Shown here piece after piece: positions 39,001 to 53,118 of a DNA stretch of 64,000 nt (the first letter of the stretch is position 1; each line of letters starts with the position of its first letter). The stretch spans positions 2,666,001 through 2,730,000 of the forward strand of contig CM035362.1 in NCBI GenBank assembly GCA_020137815.1, given 5' to 3'. The notes below the pieces were generated by a model, which worked only from the letters and a program-made list of their open reading frames with translations, was not told where the DNA came from and searched no databases. Origin of the DNA: Hormiphora californensis. Taxonomy: Eukaryota > Animalia > Ctenophora. The position numbers were made by a program, and so were the translations under genes.

Positions 39001-42000
39001 CTCTCTCTACAATAACACAATTCAGAAGGGGTGTGGATTTACACAGGGACAAGAACCTGAGTTTTACATCACTTAGACGATCAGGTATATCAAAAGAGCA
39101 AAATGAGGGAAGCAATATATTTACCATCTGTCAATGCGATGCATGACCACTCTCCTCGCTCCGCTCACAAGAGCGAAGCGGACAAGAAAGGGACAAAGGG
39201 TCATATGGCCCTGTTGTGTTTCCCAAACCCGAAAAAATAAATATCTTCCTATTATAGGTAGTACACTATCACTGAAAAGTACAACATCACAAGCCTCTGA
39301 AGCAGAACTCCAGGCCATCAAGGAGGAATTCAGGAGGAGGGTCAGAAGGGAACACTGGCTGCCATCAACCCTTTATTCCGATGTTTACTCAACGGACATG
39401 CATTCTACAACTACCACTGCTAGTTCAACTAATAATAACAAGATCAATCTCCTTCCCTCTACATTGTGAGTAATAATGAAATCTTACAAGATACTAGACA
39501 TAAAGTTGGGGCAATCTCAAGAACGAAATTGCGGAGTGGGCCCGCTAGCAAAGATATACTAGGCTGTCCAGTAAATAATTTCGTTGGGCTTTTCTGGGAA
39601 AATGGTTTAAGATAGAGCAAAATGGACTTCACCACTGTTTTTAGCACTCGATTTTGAACCGGAATACAATGCCTGATATCGGTATGTGGTTGTTCTCGGT
39701 TCCCAACAGGCTATTTTCTCTGCCCCACTTTTGTTGCTGCTGCACGGGGTTACCGAAGTTTTCTAAACGCTGCCCTATGAAAACTGGTTCAGTCTTTTTA
39801 GCTCCTATGGTGCTTAATCGATAGCAAATTGTCTAAGGATGACCTATGTTTGCGATTTTAGGCTCTAGGTGTTGACTTTTAACCTCTAGAACAGTTAATG
39901 TAACATGAAAAAGCGTCAAAGTGCAAAAAAATTGGGCCTGTTTTACGGGTATTTTTGTAAACATCAATAACTCACTTTTTAAGTCAACCAATCACATAAT
40001 TGGGTTCACTACGTCTTAGAATTGACTTAGAACTAACTTTTACTGAAGAGTTTTTGATTATAAGCCAATCCTGATAAGACCCGGAAGTGAAAGTTTCTAA
40101 CTTTGACCAAAAATTTTTGGAAGCCCATTGCTCATTGAAAAATAAAGATAGGATCTTTTATTACATCTCAAACGAAAGATAATTGTCTAATGAACAAGCT
40201 TGATGCAACAAAACATCACTCATGTACAATTTTCAAGAAGTACAGGAGGTTTAGTACTAAAACTCGAAAATCGTGATTTTCCATATGCAGCAGCAACGAG
40301 AGTGGGTTATAGAAAGAGGCCTCGTGGGAACCGATAACAACCACATTCCGATATTAGGCATTATATTCCGATACAAAATCGAGTGCTAAATACAGTGGTG
40401 AAGTCCATTTCGCTCTATCTTAAACCATTTTCCCAGAAAAGCCCAACGAAATTATTTACTGGACAGCCTAGTAGATATATAATATCAGACAAGAATAATT
40501 GCCTTATCTGATAACCCTATCTAGGCCCTAGGGCCTATCTATGTATAGAGAAGGGCCTATCTGCAGATTCACTGCCAAAACTTAACCATCAGATATCTGA
40601 CGGCTTTGACAGTGAATAACAACTATAGATACTTATAACTAAGCGATTGAGATAATGATTCTCTTTCTCGTGCAGACATAAGGAGCAATAGAAGTCAGAT
40701 GGAGTTTTGTAAAATGAATTGTTGAGTTAACAAGCATTATAGAGAATCGCGTGATATCATTGTAAATTACAGAGGGAGATAGCCCCCCCCCCCATTGTGA
40801 TGGAATTACATCTTTCTCTGCAATATTCGAACTTCAAAACTATTCAATCATTCAACTTACAAATTCCTGAATCTTGAAGTGGGACATATTTTCTCAAACA
40901 CCATTTCTAGGTACGAGGACATCTATTCTACGACTACAACTACCAGCTCACTAGACCGCACAAGGGGAGCTGGGGTTCCTAGAAGACTCTTTAGAAGACA
41001 GTCAACTGTGCCCGAACAAGTGAGTAAACAGGCCAGGTCAGATGAGTAAACAGGTAAACAAGTCAGCTTTAGGTCAAGTGAGATACACAAGGTAACTCTG
41101 TTGCCAAGTGAGATACACAAGGTTATGTTACAAGCTAGACAACGTGGCAATTCAGTAAAGTGGGGCGGGTGATAGAAGTGCGAGTGTATGTTGGTTACGT
41201 GTGACGTGTGTCTGTGATATCTGTAATCTGTCTGTATCTGTGAGCTACCGCCTACCTATCCTGTCTGTCTGGGAAACTGTCTTCAGACGACACATGCAAT
41301 GTTAGAAAGTTGTGTACCTACTACACAGTGTGTGCCGCACTACTGTCTAGTACTGCAACATATGTTCACATTCAATGCCACAGTACATACTACTACAGTC
41401 GGACCCCGATTTACCGGGCCCCGATTTACCGGAACCCCGATTTACCGGGAGAATAATCTTCCCCGGAAATAGGAAATTAACAGTATTTGACCCCGATATA
41501 ACGGGCACCCCGATTTACCGGGCAAAACCCTTTCCCCCGAGCATCCCGGTAAATCGGGGTCCGACTGTATACTATTTACTACAAGCTCTTTGAAATTGAG
41601 AATTACGAAAACAAGTTATTGGAGGTGTTGATCTGTCCAGTGTACAACAAATTAATACACCTCAAATACCTTTTTATACCTCTCTTTTCCTTCCCTGCAT
41701 TGAAATGGGCGATGTATTCCTCTCCCGCAAGTTTAATTTTCGCCCCTATATCCCATTCCCCTGGCTCTCTCACCTCATTCTAAATCCGCCTCACCCGACT
41801 CTAAAATCCCCTATCTCACTTCCTCCCCGACTCTAAAATCCCCTATCTCACTTTCTCCCCCACTCTAAATCTCACTTCCTCCCCCACTCTAAATCTCACT
41901 TCCTCCCCCACTCTAAATCTCACTTGCTCCCCCGCTCTAAATCCCCTATCTCACTTCCTCCCCCGCTCTAAATCCCCTATCTCACTTCCTCCCCCACTCT

Positions 42001-44666
42001 AAATCCCCCAATCTCACCCATATTACTCTCTCAGGAGCACAGCGAGATAGAGAAGGTGTGTATTGAGAAATGGCTGAATACTCAACCAACCGCAGAACAC
42101 GACCCCAGCAACATCCCAACCCTAGGTAATTGGAAGCATGCCAGAGCTCAGACATTTTTCATCAGTTAAATTGCAAATAAACCCCTCGGGCCTCGGCTGC
42201 ACAAATATTATGTCCCCCTGCTACTGCTGCAAAAAGTCTGAGGTTAGCAGGCCACCTGTTATGGTGTCATGCCTGGTGTTTCTGGAGAGAGTTGTAGTAA
42301 TCTCTCGATAACACCCCTTTAACACAACAAGTTAGCACATGAAAAGCTTGAAAAAAGGAATGAAACATTAACTTAGTAAGGATTATAATGGAAGACAATA
42401 GCCAATAATTTCAAAAAATATGGGACTCTAGGTGTTCAAAGAGTACACAGCTGGTGTGACCATGTTATGCTAAAAGGGAGCCATTGATATAGAGGTCACG
42501 TTTTATCGGTTTAATTCGATGTGGATAATTCGTTTTTCGCACCACTCTGTCTCTCTCTCTCCCTCACTCGAGTGAGAGTGCACACTCTCTCCCTCACTCT
42601 TTTTCTTATAGTAGTCCCCACTCTCTTCTTCATTCTCTCTCTCTCTCTAGTCGCCACAGCATTTCCCAATATACCCCCTATCCCCTCTCCCTCCTTCTTC
42701 CTCAGGTGGCCCTTCAAATGTGAGTTGGTACTTTAGCACACGATCCCTGGGAGACCCAGAGAGTGACCCGGAACAGTGGGACGACCTACTGCTGGGGACA
42801 TCCTACACACGGCGGGGTGACAAGGAGGATGGGAAGAGGAGGCAACCAGATCAACTACCTGAGAGAGATGCCAGCAATACTAATGATGTAAAGGTGGGTA
42901 TGGCAGTGATGAGTTGCTAGGTAGACAGTGACTAGCTTATATAGACTCTATCTGTATAATAACTCTCTATAATAAAGAGTTATTATACCAGTCCCTTGGT
43001 CCCCAAGAATTCTAGAAATCTAAGAAGGTGCAGTAGAAAGATAAGTCAGCTAGCTAGGGGGGGGGGGGGGGGTTGGGCGGGTGGTGGCCTTGATAAAAAG
43101 AAGCTGGGGCCTGGGGCCCCTTTGATAAAAAGAAGGCGTGGTTCTATGACCTAATGACACGTTCAAATAATCTTATATCACGTCCAAAGGATGACCTAAC
43201 ATGTAGGCCCTTATTTTGTGTATATACACAAAATAAGGGCCTACTATATACACTTCACTAATTCTCTCCCCTCTCTCCTCCAGAATTCACCTCCAAGATA
43301 TAAAGGGAACAACAGTAGCACTAGCACGGGCGACATGGCATCTCCCCTGGACGATTACATGTGTAACTGTCAATTCTCTGAGCCCTGTATTATCCACGAG
43401 AGCTCTTTCCAACAAGAGGATGTTTCACTTCACGATGATAACGGTTACTATGGTTACCATGGTAACAGTTACCATGGTAACTCAGAACAAAGTTACCATG
43501 GTAACTCAGAGCATCAAACAGGAGAAACAGATTGGAGTGTAAGCGAGGAGATGCAGACGATGGTACCATCCACAGTACACGGCATCACTGATGATGATGA
43601 TTTGACATCTGGACAGACGCTTTCCAGTGAGGAAAATGATCCCTTGTTATGTTCTAACCCTCCTTTACCGGGAAGCAATGACACAGGGTCGAACAAGGCA
43701 AACGATTCCCATGGTCTACCAGATAGTCAGTTTCCAGAAGCAGAGAGAAAAGTGGAGAATTTAACTGGAGAAGTTACAGAAGAAAACACTGTTTGTCATG
43801 AGCAATTAGACGATAGACCGGAAATTGCAAAACCAGATGAAAATCAGGCGGCAGATTCTCCGAAATTGGTCAACAATCAGGAAAACCAGCTTTCAGAGAA
43901 AGACAGAGAGATTGAACAACCGGCAAATGATAAAACTAACTCTGAAATAGATACCAACAAATCACTGCCAACTATCACCTTCCAGTCACCATCACCAGTA
44001 AACCCTTGTTCATCACCTTCTAATCACTCCGAGATCGGGCTTGAAGACACACTAAAACATGGTGAAACAAATCAGTGCCGCTCGCCACCCTGTACTAGTT
44101 CTATAATAACAGATCTCGGCTCAACATCTCACTGTATAACAGCCGAGGTTGCCGATCATATACTGGAAGAAATACCAGAGTTAAATGGCGGGAGTTGTAG
44201 CATGGTAGATGATGAGGAAGAGAGACCTCAACACTCGCCCGGAGAAATACCACAGTATAATAATACCATTCTATCACCCCTACCTGCAGAGTCGTTTACT
44301 ACACCAGTCTCGCCACAACTAACTGAACTAGCTATATCTCACATATCGCCCCTAGCTGAGCTCCCAGTCTCGCCCCTACCTGACTTTTCGACTGCCCTGG
44401 ACACTGAGCTTCCTACCACTCCAGTGTCGACCCTACCTGAGATCTCTGTCCCAGTATCGCCCCTACCTGACCTTTCTACACCCCAGGACCCAGGCATCTC
44501 TATCAATACCCCAGTATCGCCCCTGCCCCAGTACTTGCTAGATGACATCCCTAATGTAAAATCCCCGCTATGTGGAGGAACAGGGTCAGAGACAGATAGC
44601 TTCTTCTCGGAAGAGGATAATAATTCAGTGATTGGTGGAATTGTATCAGGAATTGTGGGGCTGTGA
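36029..44666 (+). CDS. Large Ser/Thr/Pro-rich, probably disordered orphan protein (at least 11 exons; start not found)
   Basis: Phase-compatible GT-AG exons at approximately 36029-36115, 36286-36435, 36559-37080, 37602-37714, 37960-38211, 38937-39084, 39258-39465, 40911-41019, 42035-42125, 42706-42893, 43284-44666. No recognisable domain. Confidence 0.7.
39559..40471. mobile_element. Non-autonomous Tc1/mariner-type element, ~185-bp TIRs, TA TSD
   Basis: ta|ctaggctgtccagtaaataatttcg...cgaaattatttactggacagcctag|ta. Confidence 0.88.
41396..41567. mobile_element. Tc1/pogo-like MITE
   Basis: ta|cagtcggaccccgatttacc...ggtaaatcggggtccgactg|ta. Confidence 0.85.
41796..42020. repeat. Pyrimidine-rich minisatellite (ctctaaatcccctatctcacttcctccccc variants)
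   Basis: Seen directly. Confidence 0.85.
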
Positions 44667-44850
44667 TTGGTGGAATTGTATCAGGAATTGTGGGGCTGTG
44701 ATTGGTGGAATTGTGTCAGGAATTGTGGGGCTGTGATTGGTGGAATTGTGTCAGGAATTGTGGGGCTGTGATTGGTGGAAACTGGAATTGTGTCAGGAAT
44801 TGTGGGGCTGTGATTGGTGGGGCTGTGATTGGTAGAATTGTTGGATTGTG
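44628..44850. repeat. 35-bp minisatellite gtgattggtggaattgtatcaggaattgtggggct
   Basis: About 6 copies, overlapping the end of ORF 43218-44666. Confidence 0.9.
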
Positions 44851-45705
44851 ATGTATTTTAACTTATGAATTTCATGAACTTATGTGTTGTGCATTTTAAA
44901 ATTTAATCTAACATAATGATGAGCCGCTTCGTTTTTAATGACTAATTAGAGAGCTAACTTTAGAGATTTGGCCTCTAGGCCATCTTGTGGGTTGAATTGT
45001 TCAATGAAAAATGTTCATATAAAAATAAATAAATACTTTACACAGTGCCAAGCGACTCAACTTGTGGGTTGGAAGTGGCAGGCATAAAAAAACAACAAAA
45101 AACCGGAAACCCTCTACAATTTGACAATGTTGTTACAGGGTGACAAAAATAACAACAATGACACAATGAACAGGAACTGGGTAGTACAAACAAAAGAAGC
45201 CCGGAGGAACAGAGAGGGTGGAGCAAGGCAACCCGGCGGACAAAAGAAAAAGGAAGCACAAGTGAATGGAAGGTTCACACAACGCGCCACTGAGCGCGCA
45301 CACGCGCCACAAATTTCTGTTGGGAGGTACCGCGCGTCACGTACATGAAAGTACAAATGTGTGACCGACATCTTATAACTGGGACATGTAGGTGGAGACT
45401 CTGTAGCATGTCTATATTGGACACTGACACGGGAAACTGTAAGAATGCAATGATGTTCGATTCTGTGGAATTGTTTTCAGACTGAGATAAATCAAAAAGA
45501 TAAAAAGAGGTTTGGGGGTTTGGTAAATAAATTAGCTGTAACACAAAGTGAGAAATATATCCTTCAATCAACAATAGAGCCTTATATTAACATCTCATAA
45601 CAGATGGGACCCACAAATCTCCCATAACCACACTCATAATAGATTTAGAGAAATTAAAAACAACTGATATACATATCTGATATATACAGTCTCTCTTTCT
45701 CTCTC

Positions 45706-46156
45706 TTAATACTTATAGAACCCTTCCCCAGACTTAGCACCAAGCTTTCCTTCTGATACAAGTTTCTCAAGGGTAGCAGGAGGTTTGAACAGCTCCACCT
45801 CTGGGTATTTCTCATTCCATCTGAAATAAAGGAGGGTCAGGTGAGGTTAGTATACTTGTAACATTACACCCTGTAGGCTGTTAGAATGTACCAAACTACA
45901 ACATTAATTTTATACACGACATGCTATAATAACTTTTGGCCACTCTTACACTATAATAACATGATAAAAGTACAACAACTTTACACACAAACCTACCCTG
46001 CACAGCCATGCACGAAGCAGTGCAGTTTGTGTGTGTGTGCGAGGGGTAATCGATTGTTGATACTGTAATGCACAAATAAAACAACTTTAGACGTTGCTGC
46101 TAGGCTACAATTTGTAAAACAAACACACAGACATACACACAGGGTAGTGAGTGAGA

Positions 46157-46225
<69 letters not shown>

Positions 46226-49038
46226 TAGAGGAGAGAGAGAGAGAGAGAGAATGGAGAGAGGATAGAGAGATCGCGCTCTCGCTCGCTCTTAGGCCTCTCG
46301 CGAGCTCGCCTATCTCTTCTTCTCTCTCCGCTCTCTCGCTCTCTCTCTCTTCTTATTACGCTCCTCTCTCTCTCTCCCTCTCTCCGTCCTCTCTCTCCTC
46401 TCCCTCCTCTCTCCTCCCCCCCCTACTCTTCCTCCTCCAACCCTCTTCCACTCCCCCCTTTAACCCCCACTATAAAAATTACAAACAGACGATCACACAA
46501 AGATATTTCACAGAACAAAAATATTAAATTTGACCATACTCGACCCTCTCACACCAGTCACTACACGCGACAAATTTTTATAAAAGACAGGTTAGAACTT
46601 TGTTCTAATCCTTCTTTACATTTGTTGTGGGGCGTGGAGAGAGGGTCGAATAAAAGGCACGGTTAGAACGTTACAAATTCTTACCCTTGTAGAATAAAGA
46701 GGCAGGTATCGAGCCCAACATAGTCAGCGAGTTGTAGAGGTCCCATGGGGTGTCCAGCACCCAGTCTCATGGCAATATCAATATCTTCTGTAGACGCGAC
46801 ACCTGCAGGAAGTGGTGATGTATTGTTGTACAAACTACTACTACAGCCTACATTATTTGCAATACTTTGTGTGTTTGTTAGAGCGTGTGTGTATGAATTT
46901 TGTATACATGTGTTATAACATAATGACACCTTTCATACATACAGGAAATTTGAGACTAGGAAACAGTCTACAATACGTCTGTCACTTTTTACACTATATG
47001 TTTATCACTTTGTACAACAGTCTGTGTGTAACCTTGTACAGTCTGTGTGTAACTTTGTACAGTCTGTGTGTAACTTTGTACAGTCTGTGTGTAACTTTGT
47101 ACAACAGTCTGTGTCGATTTGTACAACTGTATGTTTGTCACTTTGTACAACTGTATGTTTGTCACTTTGTACAACTGTATGTTTGTCACTTTGTACAACT
47201 GTATGTTTATCACTTTGTACAGTCTGTGTGTCTGTTTGTCTGTCTGTTTACCTCGTTCCTTCATCCTGATTGCCTCAGCCAGGTTTGGTACCAGCAGACG
47301 ATTGACAATAAATCCAGCTGTGTCAGAACATACCACACTTGTTTTCCCCATCGCCTTTCCTGGGGGAAAGAGAGATCAGAGAAGTTTGACAGTTTGAAGA
47401 AAGATAGTTTGAAAAATAAAGAGATAAATTGAAGATTCATGGAAGAAAGAGTGAAGTGTATTATTTAGCAGTCAGTAATTACTACACTTTTACTACTGCA
47501 GTGTTAACATTTCCAACTATTATATGACTCACACACCATGATGTAATGTCATTACTACTCAATACTCACATCATGCTCACTTCATCATATTATAATGACA
47601 GAAGGACTTTATCATCAGATTAAATAACATCAAGAACGTATGTCCACCTCTTCCTCCCTTCTTCCAAATAATTCAAATATCAAGATAATCACTACGTCAT
47701 CAGTATCAAATTACCCTTACCGAAAGCCTTGAGTTGGTCAAGGGTGGAGTCGGACAGTTGTGGTGTTTTGACAATCTCCAGTAGTTTCATCATAGGAACT
47801 GGGTTAAAGAAATGGAGACCACCAAACCTGGAGAGAGAATGTGGGATATTTTAGTTTGTGTGAAGGAGGGTGAGAATACACAGTATGTACGGTATTATGA
47901 TTATTCTAAAATTTCAAGCAATTGCAACTGCAAGCTCGAATACCTTTCAGTGACATACCTGTCTTTCCGGTTGGTGACGCTAGCAATTTCCTCTATAGGA
48001 AGTGAGCTAGTGTTGCTTGCAAAGATGACATTATCAGGGGCAGCGCTGTCCAGCTCCGAGAACAACTTGTGTTTAACCCCCATGTTCTCAACAATAGCCT
48101 CAATCACTAGATCTGTCTCTTTGACTGTCGATACTGGGGGGGGGGGGGGTGTAGAGTGTTGAATGAGGTATTATTATTATAGGGGTTCGAAATAAAGTTG
48201 TGGCTAGTGAAACTGGGAAGAGAATCAAGCATGGTGAAGGGGCATTATCTCCCTACTCTCTAGCTGTTTCTAGAAGTGTTGAACCTCTCTAGCTCTAGTT
48301 TGTTATTGTTAGAGCAGCTGGTACAGTACTTTTTTAGAAAGGGGGGGTACAAAATGTACAAATTGTGAAGAATAACGAGCGTATGATATTAAAAACTGAA
48401 GCAAGAACTGGTGTGTTTTATGTTTTAGAATGTTTGGTATATAATGTAAGTTGATTCGCTTTTATACCTGCACTGGTAGAGGTTGATATGGCACCCATGG
48501 TAGTGTCTAGGAAGCTCTTAGCTCCCTCTGCATCATCGCCAAACTTCTTTTTAGCTACCCTGGGAGGGACATGAAGGATATTGGAGGTGTATAAAATAAA
48601 TATACTGCAGTAGAACAAGAGATGAGGACTTACTACAATTAATTCATGGAATGGCATAGATGATATTATGTAAATTAACCTGCTAAGAGATTTGCTAATT
48701 CGGTTAGTAGAGCTGCTCAGAACTTTCTCGTCCAAATCTACCAGGGTCACCTTGTGTCCGGTTTGGGCTGCGACCTGTGTAAATTATAACTCATAATACA
48801 GTGATGTGATGAAGGGGCCAAGACAGAGTGGGAAATAAAACAGATAAATATTGTACCATATTTTGAGTGATATTATCTCGTAGATTGAATGATAGTATCT
48901 CGTAATACCATGTGTTACCTGAGCGATTCCAGACCCCATGAGACCACCTCCAATAACAGTGACATGGCTGACTCCTCTAGTACTGGTGTTAACCAAGGTG
49001 GACAGTCCAGACCGGACAACTGAGGATAGCATGGCCAT
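45706..49038 (-). CDS. HADH: Mitochondrial short-chain 3-hydroxyacyl-CoA dehydrogenase (8 exons)
   Basis: Exons 49038-48919, 48774-48680, 48559-48468, 48133-47959, 47827-47721, 47359-47252, 46802-46685, 45820-45706. [58 protein letters not shown]. Confidence 0.97.
47010..47230. repeat. Intronic 22/25-bp tandem repeat (ctttgtacagtctgtgtgtaa variants)
   Basis: Seen directly, in HADH intron 6. Confidence 0.9.
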
Positions 49039-49399
49039 GGGAACACTATTATAGAGAGGGTGTTAAGTAGGGAGGTAGGGAGGTATAAACTAAAGAGAGG
49101 GTTAGGTAGTGAGGTAAGGATGTAGAAACTAGAGAGGGGGTTAGGTAGTGAGGTAGGGATGTAGAAACTAGAGAGACGGTTACCTTGGGAGGTATAAAGT
49201 TAGGAAACGCGGTCTAGTATGACTCTTATTCGCTGGCCCAGTCTAACCTAATCTAAACCGGTTCTCTCTCTCTTTCTCACTCTGTCTCTATCTTTCTCTC
49301 CGACCTTCTCAGTTCTCGAAGTATTTTCCTCGCATACTATTCCTAGCGATGTTGCCCTCATAATTCATAGAGAATTAGTAGGAGGTGTACAAGCAGTGG

Positions 49400-49520
<121 letters not shown>

Positions 49521-49746
49521 AAAACGATGGCAAATCGGAAGCGTTGCCCATATCTAGGCTAAAAGGAAGAAAAATACAATCCTACAGGGATAATTCATCA
49601 AAACAATTCGTCAAAACATCCTTGTTCACATCACTATTTGATTTTGTACAAAACTATACCCCCCCTGGGCCCTGCATGAATCAATCATTACAATTATCAA
49701 AACTCAACAAAAAACACATCTGAAATTATTGTCCTCTCCCTCCTCT

Positions 49747-50563
49747 TCACCCCCAGGCAGGTTGGATTGCATAATGGATTGTCAGTTTATCAGAGGCACC
49801 AAAACAATCGAATAGGTTGCCCACGTGTTGGTCTAGTGGCGGGCAGAAGTGTTGTCCAACGTACAATAGCACTTGGTTATCCTGGAGAATATGAACGTGT
49901 ATTAACACTCAATCTGGTGTGTAATCACTGATTACTAATCAGGCCGAGTCATGTAGATCTATTTCCGAGGGTAGGGGACACAGTTATAAACAAGGGTCAA
50001 GGTTTCACTGGAGAGCTAACACAAACGGGATTGGGCAATGGAAGAAGTGAAATAGGAAGATGAAAAACCGGTTATATAATCTCTCTTTTTCTCGTTTTCA
50101 ATCATCCGATTTATGCACGCAGTCTCGGGAACTACGATCTCAAGATAAACAACTATATCGTTGTACTAAATCAATAAATTACGATCTCAACTTAATCATT
50201 TTAATGCGGGAGGAGGGAGGGAGGGTTAGTTAGAAGGTTAAACATAGAACATTATGGGAGTGGGTCGTGGGAGGGACCAGGGAGGTATGGGACGTGAAGG
50301 GTAATGAGTTGGAAGGGCTGCTTCTTACCTCAGGTAAGTTCAGTTTAGTTCTTTATCCAGTTGCACATCCACTTCACAGTCTTATCTCTTCCAACCTGCG
50401 GGGGTGGTGTATACTTGCAGACACGTCACTTCAAACGTAACTTGTGGAGTTAGGCGAGCTGTAGTTTGTGGGTTTAGAGATGAGATGAATACAGTTTAAT
50501 CTGGGTTTAAGGGTCAAGGGTGTGGAAGAGTGGGAGAGAGAGAGAGGGAGAGAGAGAGAGAGG

Positions 50564-50657
<94 letters not shown>

Positions 50658-50866
50658 GAGAAAGAGAGAGAGAGAAAACTCAGACAGTATGTCTGTGTGT
50701 CTGACTAGACACGTCCACTCACAAATTGTAGTACATTGAGGGAGAAGAGAAATAATATGTGTGTGTTGGTAAGGAAGCCAGGACAATGTTCTTCTCTCTC
50801 TCTCACTCTCTTGACAAAGAGGGATCGAGTGTGGGTGAGAAAGGAAGAGAGAGAGAGAGAGAGAGA

Positions 50867-50908
<42 letters not shown>

Positions 50909-51335
50909 AGAGAGAGCGCGAAAGAGAGAATGATCAAGTGTAGGAAAGATAGATCGGGTGTTAGTGGTGAGTGGCAACAAGAAGGAGGTGCAAGACAGAA
51001 TTAACGAGAGATTGATAGGGGGGATAAAACCATAAAGTAAGATATAAATAGAACATGTTCTACTTCAATATAGTCCATTTACTCATCATCATTTCTAGCC
51101 GGAAGAAGACAACTACACTATATAATACTCAATGCCTCTGCAATGCGGCTAAACCGTTTGTTCCGTTTTTAACAAATAATAATTGCAGGAATCGCTGAGA
51201 CAGTTCAAGCTAATAAACAATCAAACAGATCACTATTCTCGAACAAGAAACTGAAATACCTACATTGTACCGCTGTTTCTTGAGCACCGGAGCGTTGCCA
51301 GCATTTCTCAGATTCACGTTGATGTTGACGGCCAT
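49747..51335 (-). CDS. ATG12: Autophagy ubiquitin-like protein ATG12 (3 exons, one +1 frameshift)
   Basis: Exons 51335-51264, 50395-50329, 49881-49747. NAGNAPVLKK, LYVGQHFCPPLDQ, terminal QPAWG*. In-frame TAA at 50345-50347 is rescued by removing one base. Confidence 0.9.
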
Positions 51336-52545
51336 CCTGCAGAGATAGGGGAGGGATAGAGAGGGGTAGAGAGTGATATAGGGATGTATAGAGAGAGGGA
51401 GAGAAATAGATTCAGAGAGGTACAAGAGGGGGAGATAAAGGGAGAGGAATCGGAGAGGGAGATTTAAGGAGAGATAGGGACTGGAAGAGCATACGTATGT
51501 CTGTATACTACAACAGTCAACTTGGAAGTTGAGACAAAACTCCGGTTGTTATTAGGAATTTGACTGTGGTAATAAAAAAGAAGACGATTAGTTTTTGAAG
51601 CGACTTTGTTCATTCTATATTTACAAAACAGATGCTCATTCTTGACATTCAACTTGTAATATCCCTCCTTTTCTAATTATCTCCCTCTCCTTCTCTCATA
51701 TATCAGTGAGATATCTTGTTTTTGAAACATAAGACAGTCACTCTCCCTCATTCATTAAAATACAATATTCTTCTCCCACACACACACACAATGTTTGGAT
51801 CACCATGTGGACTTTGCTGAAACATGTAAACAACCAATCAGAACTCGTAATTTAGGTCACGTGACTGGTTATCAGCCAATCAGGGACCAGTATTTCCAGA
51901 TTCGGTCGGTTCCCGACACAGATCACCATGTGGATTTTGCCGGTAAAACTAAAATTGTGGGGAAACGCAAATCGTGCACACAGTCCACGGGATTTAGGAA
52001 ATCGTCCAGACATACATTTTAGAATATCAATTGTCTTTCACAAATATAAGTAGGTTATTTTGATAACGCCTTATCTCACTGTCTAACATGTAGTGAGCAA
52101 AAAATAGAAAAAAAATAAAAACAACGACTGCTTACTACAAGCACAAAAATAATGGCCTAAACAACGCACGATAGAAAGTGTTTATATTAAGTAATATTAA
52201 TCACACAATTTTACAGGCCTCATGACGTGTTCCTGATATCCCTATCATGCAAATAAAAACGACAAGTTCAGATCCTCTCACTATCTCGGTAACAAAGCCA
52301 AGAAAATCCAACCATTTTAGAGCAAAACATGAAATATATCCAACTAAAAAGATACGTTTTCGTAATAAATGAATATCCTTTTGAAATAAAAGCTGACAGC
52401 TTGGCAACTCTTCCTTTTTTCATCAATATTATCAGTTTATAGAAGTCTCTCTCTTTTCTTCCCTTTTCTCTACCTTACCATTTTCAAACAATGTTCAAAA
52501 TTTCAAAATACGTGTTACAAACTACAACTTTAACACTAGATCCCC

Positions 52546-53118
52546 TCACAATATTTCACACCTTTTAGACCGTTTACCTCGAGCCCTCCTTCGTCCGTGC
52601 GACTGAATGGGAATCCTCTCCATCTCCCTAACCAGGGCAGTGAAAATCTCCTGAATCCCCAACTCCTGTTTAGCAGACGTCTCATAAAAGGGGCAGCCCC
52701 ACTTCTTGGCAAGATCACGACCCTCCTGGTAACTCGCCTCTCTTTGATCCTCTAAATCTTTCTTGTTACCCGCCAGCACAATTGGCACCTCGTCAACATG
52801 TTTGATATTAAGAATGGTATCTTTTAGAGTAGCGGCGTCCCGGAGTGAGTGGTAGTTAGCGATGGAGTAGACGACAAGGAAACCCTGTCCGTTCTGGATG
52901 TATAGATCTCTCATGCTCACAAACTGTTCAGTGCCAGCGGTATCAAGGATCTCTAGCGTGATGGGCGTGTTGTCAATATCAGTATCTTTCCTATAGAAAT
53001 CCTCGATTGTGGGGTCATACTTTTCCACGAATGTCCCACAGCAATATTGGACGGTGAGAGCGCTCTTGCCAACACCTCCTGAACCAAGGACCACGATCTT
53101 GTACTCGCGACGTGGCAT
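52546..53118 (-). CDS. RAP2: Ras-family small GTPase, Rap2-like (intronless)
   Basis: [27 protein letters not shown] (Rap T61), SMRDLYI.NGQGF, NKKD, ETSAK; polybasic tail and CAAX motif CEIL. Confidence 0.93.
   Translation of the reverse strand: MPRREYKIVVLGSGGVGKSALTVQYCCGTFVEKYDPTIEDFYRKDTDIDNTPITLEILDTAGTEQFVSMRDLYIQNGQGFLVVYSIANYHSLRDAATLKDTILNIKHVDEVPIVLAGNKKDLEDQREASYQEGRDLAKKWGCPFYETSAKQELGIQEIFTALVREMERIPIQSHGRRRARGKRSKRCEIL

Noticed and set aside
39085-39257. Apparent frameshift between ORFs 38868-39146 and 39134-39469
   Set aside because: Explained by a normal phase-1 GT-AG intron.
46260-46560. Garbled GA-to-CT inverted stretch in the last HADH intron
   Set aside because: Looks like low-quality consensus in a microsatellite; supports the assembly-error caveat rather than biology.
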